Source: Podarcis gaigeae
Taxonomy: Eukaryota
Length of the DNA stretch: 64,000 nucleotides
Direction: 5' to 3' (one strand)
Assembly: GCA_964106915.2 (NCBI GenBank)
Contig: OZ066925.1
Shown one piece after another: positions 11,091-23,383 of this stretch. Under the pieces are notes generated by a model. It was not told where the DNA came from. It did no database searches and was given only the letters and a program-made list of their open reading frames with translations. The position numbers and the translations under genes are program-made. Position 1 is the first letter of the stretch. Each line of letters starts with the position of its first letter.

Positions 11091-12245
11091 TTTCCAGCTA
11101 TAACCCACGCAGCTCAGCGCCACCCCACTTAGAGGGGGTTTGCAAAACAGGGAAGCCAACGGCGACCACAACAAACGTGCGCATAGGAGAGCAACCAGGA
11201 AACCCGCGCCTGCAAAGATCTGGGGAAGTTCTTAAGGAGCGGGCTATAAATATCTACGTTGGCATATCTGCTAACACCTACTGATAGGCTGTGGGGCGAA
11301 AAAGGAGAAGAAAAGAGGCATACTGGATTTTGCTAACAATCCGAATTGAAATCGGATTAGAGAATACACACAGCTATCCCCGCCTGGTAGCACTTTTAAA
11401 CCGACCTCATGACTCTACACTTGTTAGTCCAGTTCCAGTAGGACTCGATGCCCTCCAACAGCTTTTGTTCCGTAGACCTAGCGAAAGCCACAGGATTTGA
11501 AAGCGATTTTTCATATGCATTGCATACATCCTAACCGCGTGTGCTTGTGTCTTAATTCTCTCCTCTGATTTCCTCTCTTTTAGGTTTCTTTTCTCGGGGC
11601 CTTCGGACAGCTGGGAAATCCATCAAATGCCTTCCTTTCTGAGCTCTGGTTCCCCGCACCACCATCCCTCCCCCCTTTCCAAGGCACGGGTCGCAAATGA
11701 AATAGTTAAAAATAGCGTTCAATAGTACAAAACCAGTATACACTTCTGTCTATTTCTGGCCATTTATGCAGCAAGGCTTGCTGTAGTGCTTTTTGTTTCC
11801 CCTTGCAATCATATGATATATTCTGCCTATAATACAATATCAGTTAAAACGTAGAAGAGATTTTTTATATAATGTTACGATATATTCAACCTATACTATA
11901 ATAAATCGTTTGCGATAGCACAGAAACATTTTAAGGTGCTTCTAATGTCTTATGTGCATTCAAGGGGGGGGGATATATTTTTATGTAAGTTTTGGAGTTA
12001 TTTTAGGTTTCTTTTTTCTCTCCCCCCCCCCCATTTAAATATTGAGAACTTTGGAAATCCATCATTTACCGCTGGCTTCCCCCCAAATAAATATATTTTT
12101 AACGAAAAAGGACGAAGGTTGTGACCAAATTGTGTTGTTTCTTTTAATTTTATTTCAGGACTAGGGGAGGGGCGGAGATTAACTTCCTTGTATGAAGCAG
12201 AGAGAAAGAGAAAGAGATAAGAAAAATGATTGTAGCAAACAAGAA

Positions 12246-12251
12246 TTTATT
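12246..12251 (-). terminator. HOXA2 polyadenylation signal
   Basis: AATAAA in GTAGAATAAATTCTTG, followed by a T/C-rich tract. Confidence 0.6.
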
Positions 12252-12605
12252 CTACCAAAAATACTTATGACAACGCATCCTAATGTAATACAAAAATAAA
12301 AAGAAAGTGAAGATACAATTTTGATATGATCACTTTCTTACAGGCCTTATATATTGCTTTTCATAGAAGGACCTAGAATGGGACTAGGTTTAAAACCGGA
12401 CACAACTAAAAATGTCATAGGCAAACGGCAAAATAAGCTCTCCAACACACCGAGAAGGAAAAATAAAAAATAATCAGGAAAATACTGACCAGGAAAAGGG
12501 AAAGAAATTAAATCAAGTCATCCCCCTCCCCCTCCCGCTCCCCCAAAAATGGAAAAGGAGAGGGGGGGAAAATAACCCTTTTCAGAAAAGTTGGTCTGCC
12601 ATTTC

Positions 12606-13372
12606 TCAGTAATTCAGATGCTGCAAGTCAATTGTGGTGAGTGTATCTGTAAAAAAGTCAAAGCTGTCAGCTGAAATATCTACAGGGCTGTCGAGGGACC
12701 CTGGCAGACTGGGGGAGACGGCGTCGGAGAGCTGTAGGCAGGAATCTGCGGAGAAAACGCTGAAGTCCTGTAAAGAAGGCACCTCCAGGGCCTCAGGACT
12801 GTCATTGTTCAGGCCAGCTGCACAGTTCTGGGCCATTGTTGACAGGCAGTTGGGAACAGTGGGTGACTGATGCTGAAAATGTTTCAGATTTTTCTCATTG
12901 CTCGTTAAAGGCGAAACTGGGAAACTTTGGGACTCTCCATTGTGGACAGTGACAGCCTGCTGTTGCGCTAGTGCATTCTGCTGAAAAGTGTAGCCTTCCC
13001 TTTCCGAAAGCGCGCCTGAGACATTGTTGAGGGCTTGCTCGAAGAGGGATTTCTCCTCCTCTTCCTCCTCTTCCTCCTCCTCCTCGTCGTCTTCTGCTTT
13101 CTCGGGATCCTCCAAGCCTTTGAATTTCCCTTCGCTGTTCTGGTTCTCCTTGCACTGGGTCTGCCTCTTGTGCTTCATCCTCCTGTTCTGAAACCACACC
13201 TTGACTTGCCTCTCGGTCAGGTCCAGGAGAGCGGCGATCTCCACCCGCCTCGGTCTGCAGAGGTACTTGTTGAAATGGAATTCCTTCTCCAGCTCCAAGA
13301 GCTGCGTGTTGGTATAAGCAGTCCTCAGCCTCCTGGAGCCCCCGGTCCCATTTTCGGAAATCTCCAGAGATT
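12606..13372 (-). CDS. HOXA2: Homeobox protein Hox-A2, coding exon 2 (homeodomain)
   Basis: Acceptor TTAAGCAG|AA gives [72 protein letters not shown]. The C-terminus [17 protein letters not shown] is typical of HOXA2. Confidence 0.97.
12625..13030 (-). promoter_or_regulatory. Exonic rhombomere-2 enhancer region in HOXA2 exon 2 (Sox-type ACAAT motifs)
   Basis: Several ACAAT motifs on the - strand (about 12631, 12805, 12836, 12939, 13024) in the 3' coding part, where the mouse/chick r2 enhancer resides. Confidence 0.5.
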
Positions 13373-13749
13373 CTGCTTAAAAGGAGACAACAACAAGCAC
13401 CATTAGAATGAGAGATATGAAAGAGGGGGGAAGAGAGAGAGAGAGAGGAGGGAGAATGTGTTATTTTAGGATTTTGAACATCCAAGCCTGGTGGGGGGAA
13501 ATGAGCTAGTTGGAGCTGGGGGGGGGGCTCTTTCTTTCTCTCTTAAAGCATTAAAATTTCAACTGCAACAAAATGGCCGCCCATGAATGCAGTAAATCCA
13601 TTGTGTTTGCACTCCTGTGAGCCCGGTCTCTTGGACCCACTTTTCCTTCTCCCCCCACCCTCCTCGCTTAGCTCCAGGAACTTGATTTGCCTCCATCTCC
13701 CCAACCTGCCCATACCCGAGCAAACTTTGATATTAGCCATACAACAATT

Positions 13750-13875
13750 TATAATTAATGCATCAGCTGCTTAGCTGAGCAAGAGCAATCTATCACTCTT
13801 CATTACTGTCAAATATCCCAACTCTAGGACAGCGAGACAAGAGGAGGGTCACCTCCAACTCAAATAAATCATCCC
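13750..13875 (-). promoter_or_regulatory. Hoxa2 intronic rhombomere-4 enhancer (Pbx-Hox x3 + Meis/Prep)
   Basis: On the - strand: TGATTTAT (13864-13871), TGACAG (13806-13811), TGATAGAT (13788-13795) and TGATGCAT (13758-13765). This is the PH1-PM-PH2-PH3 arrangement known for this enhancer. Confidence 0.8.
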
Positions 13876-14145
13876 ACGCTAAACAAGTTAGGGGAGAGAA
13901 AAAAAGAAGAAACTTTGTTTGGGGTGGGGGGATTTGGGGGTGTCGGCGGGGTTGGTTTCTGAGGAATCTGCCTGTGGATCCCCCGCCAGACCTCCAACGA
14001 ACCCGGATTGGAGTGCCGCAAGTTAGGGAGGCACCCATCCAAGCGAGAGGGAGTGGGAGAGGAGAAAAGGAGATTCTATGGAGATAGAGAGAGAGATCTC
14101 TGAGTCCCAGGAAGGCTGAAGGTGCAGCAAAGTCTTTGAACTGAC

Positions 14146-14521
14146 CTTTGTGGCTCAGGCAGGCTGGTCCAGTGGCGGAGGCCGAAGGAGGCGGCAGGAC
14201 AGTTTTCTTGGAGGCTTTTTTCTCCTTCATCCAGGGGTATTCCGGAGGCTGGAGGGCGCCGGCTGGCACTGGGCTGCCGCTGCTGGCATTGGGGCTGTGC
14301 TTGGGGCGGCTGCTGCTGCTGTGGCGAGGGTGGCTGCCTGGGTTCAGGCTGGGGATGGTCTGCTCAAAAGGAGGAGGAATCAGTGTCGAGTGTGAAAGCG
14401 TCGAGTTCTTGATTGATGAACTTTGAAATGTATCACCGACAGGGGGAAAAGATGTCAGGCACTCAGCGAGCGATGGCTGACTATTGATAAAACCAATCTC
14501 TCGCTCAAATTCGAAATTCAT
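14146..14521 (-). CDS. HOXA2: Homeobox protein Hox-A2, coding exon 1 (spliced product 380 aa)
   Basis: ATG at 14521: [38 protein letters not shown]...[11 protein letters not shown]...CLSHK. Donor AAAG|GTCAG (376 nt, phase 1). Confidence 0.97.
14410..14419 (+). promoter_or_regulatory. Exonic Hox/Pbx responsive element in HOXA2 exon 1
   Basis: TGATTGATGA lies inside the codons for SSIK, the position of the known exon-1 Hox-responsive element. Confidence 0.6.
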
Positions 14522-15024
14522 GGCCTTCAACTCGCAGCCCCCTTGGAGAAAAAGTTCCCTCTTATTTAGCGCTTCTGGGAGGGGGAGGGGGGAGCAAGGC
14601 CCAGGAAAAGGGGGGAGGGGGGGGAAACCGAGAGAGAGGGAGAGAGAGAAAGGAAGAGGGAGAGAGAGAGAAAAGGAAAAAAAATATCATAGNNNNNNNN
14701 NNNNNNNNNNNNNNNNNNNNNNNNNNNNNNNNNNNNNNNNNNNNNNNNNNNNNNNNNNNNNNNNNNNNNNNNNNNNNNNNNNNNNNNNNNNNNNNNNNNN
14801 NNNNNNNNNNNNNNNNNNNNNNNNNNNNNNNNNNNNNNNNNNNNNNNNNNNNNNNNNNNNNNNNNNNNNNNNNNNNNNNNNNNNNNNNNNNNNNNNNNNN
14901 NNNNNNNNNNNNNNNNNNNNNNNNNNNNTTATACTTTTTAAAAGGGGGGGAAAGGGTATCTCCGCCGCGCGCTCTTTCGCTCGCTCTCCCCCTTTTGCCT
15001 CCTAATCTGAAATGATATCTGAGG

Positions 15025-15037
15025 GAGAGAGAGAGAG

Positions 15038-15085
<48 letters not shown>
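15025..15085. repeat. (GA)n(GT)n microsatellite in HOXA2 promoter region
   Basis: Directly visible. Confidence 0.9.
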
Positions 15086-15090
<5 letters not shown>

Positions 15091-16904
15091 CTGGGTGGGT
15101 TGTCTGAGCTGCTGTTGCTGTTGCTGCTGCCTCTGATGCTTAGCTTGGCCGGGGAGGCTCCCTTGCCCCGCTTGCCTCCCCTCCGCACACTCCCCCTTCT
15201 CATTGTTTGGGACTGTCAAGCAAGCGCCTTGCACCTCACAAATCACCGGCGCACCTCCATCGGACGCCCTGAGTCATTAACGAAGTCATCCATTAATCTC
15301 CAAAGTTGTGACACCGCGGGCCCCCAACATCTCCACCGCAGCACAAAAAGTTCTACCCGGCCAGGGGATGCCAAGGAAGAGAGTCTTTGCTTATATTTTA
15401 TTTGGGTTTGTTTCCCCCCTCCCCCCATCTCCAACAAAACCCGGACCCAACTCCGTGCTGAGGACTAACCACTTCCTTAAGAAAAAATTAAAGGACGGCA
15501 AGGTTGGGGTTTCCTCCCCCTCGATCACGACCTGGCATCTTCACCCCCCCCCCCGCAATTCTCTCCCCGTTTCAGCTGAGGGTACAGTATGGAGAACAAT
15601 TGGCCGCCGGTCCCTGCCTCCATCCATTGTGTCGAAGGAATTTCTCCAGCAGCTTCGCTCCTAGGGGAAGAGTAAGAGCACGCAGGCTGGTGGGTCGCTA
15701 CTTTCTCCCCGCAGTTGTCTTGACAGAAGCGGACGGTTCAGAGGAGATACAGATTTCCATTAGACCCTGGGACTGTAAACACAGGTTCCGATCAAAAGAG
15801 GGAAGAAAAACGGGGAGGGTGTCACAAAACAACATCCAGAGCATTCACACAAACGACACTGGAATCAGCTGACGCATTTTCTTTCCATAGCCCCAATAAA
15901 ATGGGGTCCGGCGAGTATTTTTCCCCCTCTCGATTCCATTGAAATATGTCAAAAGTCAATGTCAGGGATTTAAAAAAACGAAACAAAACCACAATAAGGC
16001 TGCAGATTAAACCAAAGAGCTCTAAGGACTGTGAAACTGGCTATCCGTCCCTGCCCTTACCATCTCGTTTGGGAGCGCACGGTTTATTCGATTTGCTCAT
16101 TCATTCCGCGATGCCGATGGTTTGGACAGGATAGCTCTTCAATCGCCTCAATTACTATTATTATTATTTTTTATTTTAAAAAAAGGTAAATGAGGGGAGG
16201 GGTGGACAGCGCTGGAGGAGAGAAGAAGACCCAGAAGGACACGGTGGGAACGAAGCGAAGGTTTCCTCTTCTTCAAAGCAAACCAGGAATAAGGCCGCGC
16301 ATCCTCCCTTTTTTGGGGGATGAGGGCTTTCTGCAAGGCGAGAGGGGTGGGATGGAAGAGCTCTCTTTCTATATTTATACATTCCAGTGAAGCCCGAAAG
16401 TGCTCCATCCGCTACCTCAAGTCCTTGTTAGATTTCAGAGCAGAATTCTGAGCAGAGCTTGGAAGCGCTTAAAACAATAAACTGACCATTACATCTTCAG
16501 GTGGAGTGAAACTAAGCCAAAAAAAAGAGAATGTTTTTAAAGGTGATTTAAAAAAAAAAGCAAAAGCCCTTTTTTATTTCAAGCAAATAAACTCCCACAA
16601 TATGGATCAGGGGCTGAGGAAGGGTGGGGGAGGGGCCGAGATATTGCAATAATTTGTTCACTTTTTAAAAAAAAAAAAATGTAGATTGGGGTTGCTATTT
16701 AATGCATCTTTGACAGGAAAGGAAGGAAGGAAGGAGGGAGGGGAGGGGGGGGAGGATGGAAAAGGGTGCCTTACATGCTGTTGGAAGATGTAGGCTGGGT
16801 TTCTTTCCCCCCTCTCTCTCTCTCTCTCTCTCTTTTTAATTTTCTTGCTTTTACTCCAAACAAAGATCCGCTGAAGCCTGCGCGCGATCAATCTTCCCGG
16901 GCCA

Positions 16905-17320
16905 AACGCTTTGACAGCTTCTGGCCTTTAAGAACACATTTGAAGCTTCTTGCTCTTTCCCAGATCAAATGTGGCCGAGAAAAGAAGGGGGGAAAGAGAG
17001 AGAGAGCAAGAAACGCGAGTAAACAAGGAAAAAGAGGACGGCGTGGCTGCTTTTGCTCCCCAAATGGATTTTATTTTCCTGTATTAAGGGTTGGGATCTT
17101 GCTCTTTTTCGCATTACCCTGAAAGACAGCTCCGATCCTGGGTTTTGTTTTTTGTTTGTTTTTTAAATCTTTACTCCCCCCCCCCCATAGAATATAGGTG
17201 CTAGAAGTGAAATGGGTGGGAGGGTTTGTTCGAGGACCCGCTAGGAGGGAAGGCGAACGTGGGAGAAGGCTGGGGCAGTTGGGTCCAGGAAGGCTTTGTG
17301 AGTCAAATCCGCGTGGGAGG
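16905..17320 (-). promoter_or_regulatory. Hoxa2 r3/r5 (and neural crest) enhancer: Krox20 site + BoxA
   Basis: GCGTGGGAG (17311-17319, Egr2/Krox20-type) lies next to CTCACAAAGCC on the - strand (17292-17302, BoxA-like). A conserved-looking block TTGACAGCTTCTGGCC..CAGATCAAATGTGGCC lies at 16911-16976. Confidence 0.65.
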
Positions 17321-19524
17321 GTTAGGGCCAGCATTTTGGGGTGGGCAGCCTAATAGAAAAAACACCTGGAACAAAGAGGCTGGCCAACAAAAAAAAAACC
17401 CCATGCCCTCCACTCAAAACCCTCTGCAAAACCAAAACAACAACAAAAACAAAAATTATGTTTCTCTAAATGAAATCCGAACAGTATGTGATACAGTCGA
17501 GGGAGTGCAGGGAGAAAATTTAGGTGGCCCCTTTCCTGTAAAAAAAAATGCACGAGGAGAAAATATATGCTTTTTGACTTCCCCTTCCCAGAAAATTGTG
17601 TTAAAAGGTTGGTTTTCAATACCAACAGTCAGCTATTCGCCACTGATATAAGGCATCATCTCTCAAATTAATTTTGAACAGGAGAATATCCACCACGATC
17701 CATTTTCGCTTCATCTTTCTCCAAATGCTGCATTCCGGAGCTCCAATTTGGGTTTTTTTTCCCCCATTCTAAGACCCTTTAAAAACAGATTAATGAGTTT
17801 TAAAAGGCTGGATGCAGCCTTTCTGCAGTCTGGAGCGCGTCGCTGTAAGTATATATGGGACTTGCCTAACTCAAGCTATAATAAGGTTTGTATGGATGGC
17901 AAAATAATAATACAGAGTTACGTTTCTTTGCATTGTAGTTAGCTACGCCTTGTGTTTATTTTTTTATATTGGGGGTAGCAATGTTATTGGGACAAGAAAT
18001 CAGGAAGCTTCTTAAGACTGTGAAAAAGAGAAGAGATGAATAATATTTCTACCAAGGTGACCAACATGGCGACAATCTCCTTTAGATTGACATAACAGAT
18101 GCTGAATGTGGAATCGTTCCCCTCTAAATGCACTATTGTGTATACCGGTGTTTTTAAAATCCGAAACCCAATTACTACAACAAATAAGCCCCGCAGCTTT
18201 AAATTATCTGTTTACTGTTTGGATTTATTATAACTCGTTTATTAGCGCAGATCCATGCATGAGGGTCTTCGAGACCAATTTGCTATGGATATATCAAATG
18301 GTATTTCGGAAAGAAAGGATTTCATTTATTTTATTTCCCCTCCCCCCTCCCACAATAGAAGATTTACATTCGATTGCCTCACCTCGCCCACCCAATCTAG
18401 AAAAGACGTGGGTGGGGGTGCAGGATGGGAAAGGACGCTCGATTAACAAGTCGTGCAAAGATTATTAAAGCCCTTCAGTTTCTAAGACCGCAGTTGAGCA
18501 GCTCAGTTCTTGGAGAAGACCATAAGGAACAAACTCTCTCTTTCAACCCCGGGGATGGGCCAGATCGCTTGGCAAACAGGCCTGATTTATTATTGCTGAA
18601 TCTGTCCCTTCATTATTAGGGTGATGAATTGTATTTTGCCTGTAAACAAATGTGCTTTTGAATTCGTGCCATATCAAATATGAGTCTAACTACACGAGTC
18701 TTCGGTTTTTTTAGCCTTAAGTTTATTTAATTTCGCCTCTTTTTCTTTTCTCCAAATCCCCACCCCTTCCTTTTCCTTTTTTTTTAAAAAAAATATTTTC
18801 CCCATCACTCAGCATAACAGTCGCTGAATTGTCTGTTTTTGGTTCCCGAGAGGAGCTTATAGGTGTGGGAGTAGCGAGCTGCCGATCGGCTCAAAGGTCC
18901 CCAGTGCGGAGGCGAGAAGAGCCTTTTCTCCCATTAGGAACGGCTGGCTTCCTCCAGCAGAGAGTGGACCCAACATGGCGAGAGGGAGAACAGCCTGCAA
19001 GCGGGACCCAGCTCATCCTGCGGCCTCAGGAGAAGATACCCTTCTGCAGAGGCGACACAGCCACCTGAGCTTGATTTACAGCATATCGCTCCAGACATGA
19101 GAGACACAGTTTCTCTTCCCCACCTCCACCCCTTCCTCCGCTTCCCTTTGACCACAATGAATGCAACAAAAAACGAACAAGCTGCCACAGCTACCTATGG
19201 GCTGCGTTTATGAAAAACGTCTGGAGAACTGCAGTCCTCGAGCTATGGTCGGAAAGGGCGGATCTTTTTCCATCTTGGATATTTTCAATGCTCCAATTCT
19301 CCTCACTGTTGTTGTTTTTTGAGGAGTGGAGAGACAAAAATGTGTAAGCCTTCTAAGCTTTGAAAGCTCAGAGAAGCAGAGGAGACCTGAAGGTTGGATA
19401 TTGGAGATTTATGTATTTAAAAGCTCCAAGGGCGTCAGTCCTTGTTCTCTTTCTCTCTCGCTTTCTCCCTCCTTTCTAAAACCAAATGATCATATCTTAA
19501 GTCTGTATTATTCAGAATAAAAAC

Positions 19525-19530
19525 TTTATT
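19525..19530 (-). terminator. HOXA3 polyadenylation signal
   Basis: AATAAA in AAAATAAAGTTTTTATTCTG, about 0.9 kb after the stop. Confidence 0.55.
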
Positions 19531-20128
19531 TTTTTTTCCAGAATGTGAGCAGCAAGGAATGTATAACTTTCAAAACAAAATCTAGCTTTGTGTTGTTCTC
19601 GTTCAGGTTTACACATTTCCCTTTAGTTCGATGTTAACAGGCACCCGTTTCTGTTCCTATGGTGGCCTGCTGTTTATTTTCCAGATTTTATTGCATTTTT
19701 TTTCCTTCTTCTTTTTAAATAAAGGAGTTTAAGTTCCCCCCTTCCAAATGATATTTCCTATGTATGTAATTTAACATACAACCAGGTAAATATCTCCTGA
19801 ATATTCAGGGTACAGAAGTTTATTTTTTTAATATATTTATATATATAAATATGAACAGATGGGGATAAATAAAAAAATTTAAACACTTAGATTATTCAAA
19901 GTTTGCAAAAAAATATAAATAAATCTGAAAGTTCACCAGCATACACACGTTGAAAGACGTACACGTATTAATAAGTTCGCTCAGGGAGCCCCTGTTCAAG
20001 CGCCTTTTTATTCCTTTCTCGCTATTTAAAAGAAGTGCAATTAAAATAAAAATGCTTCCCCGGTTGGGATCGATTCTGTACGAACAAATTCACATTTAAG
20101 AACCATCTGTATAGAAAATTTGTTCATA

Positions 20129-20136
20129 TACCCTGT
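20129..20136 (-). promoter_or_regulatory. miR-10 8mer target site in HOXA3 3'UTR
   Basis: mRNA ACAGGGUA, complementary to the miR-10 5' end UACCCUGU. Confidence 0.7.
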
Positions 20137-20452
20137 TTTGATAAAAGTGTTGAAGTTAAGAGTAGAAAGCCTATGTATACTCTCAAAGGGAGAACACAAG
20201 GCAAAGAGTTCAAGGAGATAAATATCCACTATTGAAACTAGGGAGCAATTCAAGCAACAGATATTGCTACGTCACATAAACTAGAAAACGCTGCTTCTTT
20301 TTTTAACCAAAAGAAAAGAAAACAGAAGCAAAACAGAAAGGGCAGGGGGAGGAATTAAAAGTATTTTTCTTTTCCTTCTTTTTCCCTTTTTCTTTTTTTT
20401 TTTAAAAAAAGGCTGGGGGGCTTTTATGATCCACTAAGTAACTGATGGTATA

Positions 20453-21216
20453 TTACAGATGGGTCAGTTTGGGCGCTTCCTGAATTCTTCCCTGAGAAGG
20501 ATGGTGAGAAGTAAGGTCTGTATATGTTGGGTGTGGGTCACACGGTCCATGGTGATGATTGTTGCCCATTGGCCCACTGTAGTCCATGTTGGCAGAGGAA
20601 GGATGAGGGAGGTGAGTCAGACCAAAGATGGAAGGCCCAGAATTTGCCATGGTGTCCACATAATTGCCCCCAACATAGACGGGGCTTCCCTGTATATGTG
20701 GATTGCCATAGCCATTCCCTTGAAGAGGATGAGGGTCATATTCAGGAGTCACTGCTGCAGTTCCGGTATATCTCTTTTGTGGAGGCGGGCAGTTATTGAG
20801 AGGAGCCGGATATGACGTAGGGATGCCATAGGCGTTCTGATGAGGCTTGCTGAAGGATGGCGGTGACTGGGGTTCATATGGAACACTGTTTACTAGGGAA
20901 TGCATAGAGTTCAGGTATCCTCCAGCAGCCGGAGGGACAGGACTTCTGCTGGGGGACTGTCCTCCTGAAGAGGTCATCATGCCTTTGCCCTTCTGATCCT
21001 TTTTGTATTTCATCCTGCGGTTTTGGAACCATATTTTGATCTGTCTTTCTGTGAGGTTGAGCAAGTTAGCCATCTCTACCCTTCTTGGCCTGCAAAGGTA
21101 TCTATTGAAGTGAAACTCCTTTTCCAGTTCTACCAGCTGGGCACTTGTGTAAGCTGTGCGGGCTCTTTTAGAGGAAGCTTGCCCTGGGGGGCTTTTATCA
21201 CCAGCACAACTCTCAC
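20453..21216 (-). CDS. HOXA3: Homeobox protein Hox-A3, coding exon 2 (homeodomain)
   Basis: Acceptor GCATAG|GT gives [76 protein letters not shown]...[13 protein letters not shown], then TAA. Confidence 0.97.
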
Positions 21217-21324
21217 CTATGCAAATCATACAAAGAACAAAGTGAGTATGGGGCCACCTGAACGCACAACAACCAGTAATCATCAATCAGCCTTGCCTGG
21301 GCTAGTACATTGCAGGGCCTAGTG

Positions 21325-21575
21325 CAGGGGTCAGCAACCTTTTTCAGCTGTGGGCCGGTCCACCGTCTCTCAGACCATGTGGTGGGCCGGACTATGTTTT
21401 GGGAAAAAAATATGAACGAAATCCTATGCCCCACAAATAACCCAGAGATTGATTTTAAATAAAAGGACACCTTCTACTCATGTAAAAACACGTTGATTCC
21501 CGAACCGTCCGCAGGCCAGATTGAGAAGGCAATTGGGCCACATCCGGCCCACGGGCCTTAGGTTGCCTACCCCTG
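21325..21575. mobile_element. Non-autonomous hAT (Charlie/Buster-type) MITE, 251 bp, in HOXA3 intron
   Basis: TIRs CAGGGGTCAGCAACCT...AGGTTGCCTACCCCTG (14/16). Perfect 8-bp TSD GCCTAGTG at 21317-21324 and 21576-21583 with central TA. Subterminal GGGCCG/CGGCCC motifs. Confidence 0.92.
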
Positions 21576-22484
21576 GCCTAGTGGTAGCATTGGCTCTTCC
21601 ACACATGAGGTTGTCTGCTGTGACCAAAGATATGCTCAAGTGACAGTCATTTACTGCACCAATATATGCAAATTGCCTGTATCTCTGTAGAATCAGAGAT
21701 ACGGTCTTTGAAAACCACTAGAAATGCGTCTGACCAGAAACCATGCTTTTATTGGAAAGATAAACACCATGGCAAATAAAGGTATGGATTTTGGGGTTAC
21801 ATGTTGTCAGCTCCCAAACCGCTAAAACAAAAGTTGTTTGCTATATGAATTGGATTACTCCCAAGTAATTGAATGAAAGTCCAATTGAAGTGGTAGTTTG
21901 AATTATTTCTTTCATATGGAACTTTAGAGAAGAGAAAACTTGACTCTTTTAGAATCAACCGCAAAAGTCCCATTGACTTTGGTGGGGTCAGGATAATGTG
22001 GCTGACATTCAGAGAGGTCCAGAGAACTTCAAAAGGTATATTCCATTAAGTATAACAAGATAGGTATCTATGTCAATAAGCCGAGAATCAGAATACAAAA
22101 AGCCAAAGACAAACATTCATACTCTATCCACTTCCTTCCCCAAATATAAAACCAGCTTGGCTGCCAGCTCCACACACCAGTGAAGAATTACTTGGCTTAA
22201 AGCCAGCTTGGATACACTCAAGTGAATGGAATGGATAGGAACACAGGGCCAGCTCTGTGACTGGGAAGGACAAAGAGGCCTGCTGTAGGCAGTGATTTTA
22301 GGGTACCATTAAAGGGCAGCAAAATGGTTAATTGTTCAATTCATTGTGCTGGGTTTTTTTACCACCATGGTGGGTTGGGAGTGGGAACACTTGGACATTT
22401 TCCAAAATGTATTCAGCCTTTGCTGAGTGCACAATCCAAATAAGTGAAATATTTCTGAAGTCACATCAAACTCCATGAGATTTT

Positions 22485-22785
22485 GGCTTTAATCCTATAC
22501 CTTCTTACCCAGGAAAAGTCCCCATTGAACTCAGTGAGATTCCTCCTAGGTAGATAGGTATAGGAATACACTGTTAAGCAGAGTTCCTAAGCCCCACAGA
22601 ATTCCAGGAATTTGCTTCCAAGTTTAGTATCAAGCCTATATTACATTCAGTTCTGTGGGACTGTCCTTCCAACAGTTGCACCTAATGAGATATGTCTGCA
22701 GTCCTCTGCATATTTACTAATAAGCAAGGCCTATTAAACTGAGCAGGGTTTACTTCCAGGTTGACATGTTTAGAATTAGGCTGCC
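22485..22785. mobile_element. Two or more degenerate family-B repeats in HOXA3 intron
   Basis: 22485-22574: AATCCTATAC..CTTACCCAGG..AGTCCCCATTGAACTCAGTGAG..TATAGGAAT. ~22696-22785: CTGCAGTCCT..TTTACT..TTACTTCCAGGT..TAGAATT. Confidence 0.6.
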
Positions 22786-23331
22786 ACCCTTAGTACTTTG
22801 ACTGCCCGGGTTTATGGATCAGAGCCAGGGTCCTAGATGATATAATATGCATGTAGATAAATATACAGTTTAAACCACAGTACATATCAAATAATCAGGC
22901 TTGTCAGTGTTGATACACCACTGTAACAGTATTAGAAATGCATCGAAGAAAACATTTGCAAAAAGTTTAGAATCTATTTTCACAGCACAAGATAAATTGA
23001 GGAAGTAAGTGGTAAACAGGAGCCAAATGCCTGGGGAGACTGACGCTAATACTTTTCTCATCGATTTGGGTTTACTTATGTAATAGCACTGTTGATAAAC
23101 ACTATAATCCACCCATAATGTATTTATGGACCTGCCTGCAAAGTGCTAAAGAAACCTAAGCTTTGTTTACCGTGCTTGTAAGGTTGCCAGTCTGTGCGCT
23201 AAAATCAAAAGAGGTTATGAATATCAAACAAAGCATTGATCTTGACTGCAGATAATGATGAGCTATTTTATTCTCATTACACTTCAGCAGGGATAGGTCA
23301 CTGTCTTGTGACTGTAGCACACTGCCAAAAA

Positions 23332-23334
<3 letters not shown>

Positions 23335-23379
<45 letters not shown>
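23335..23379. repeat. (AG)n microsatellite in HOXA3 intron
   Basis: Directly visible. Confidence 0.9.
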
Positions 23380-23383
<4 letters not shown>

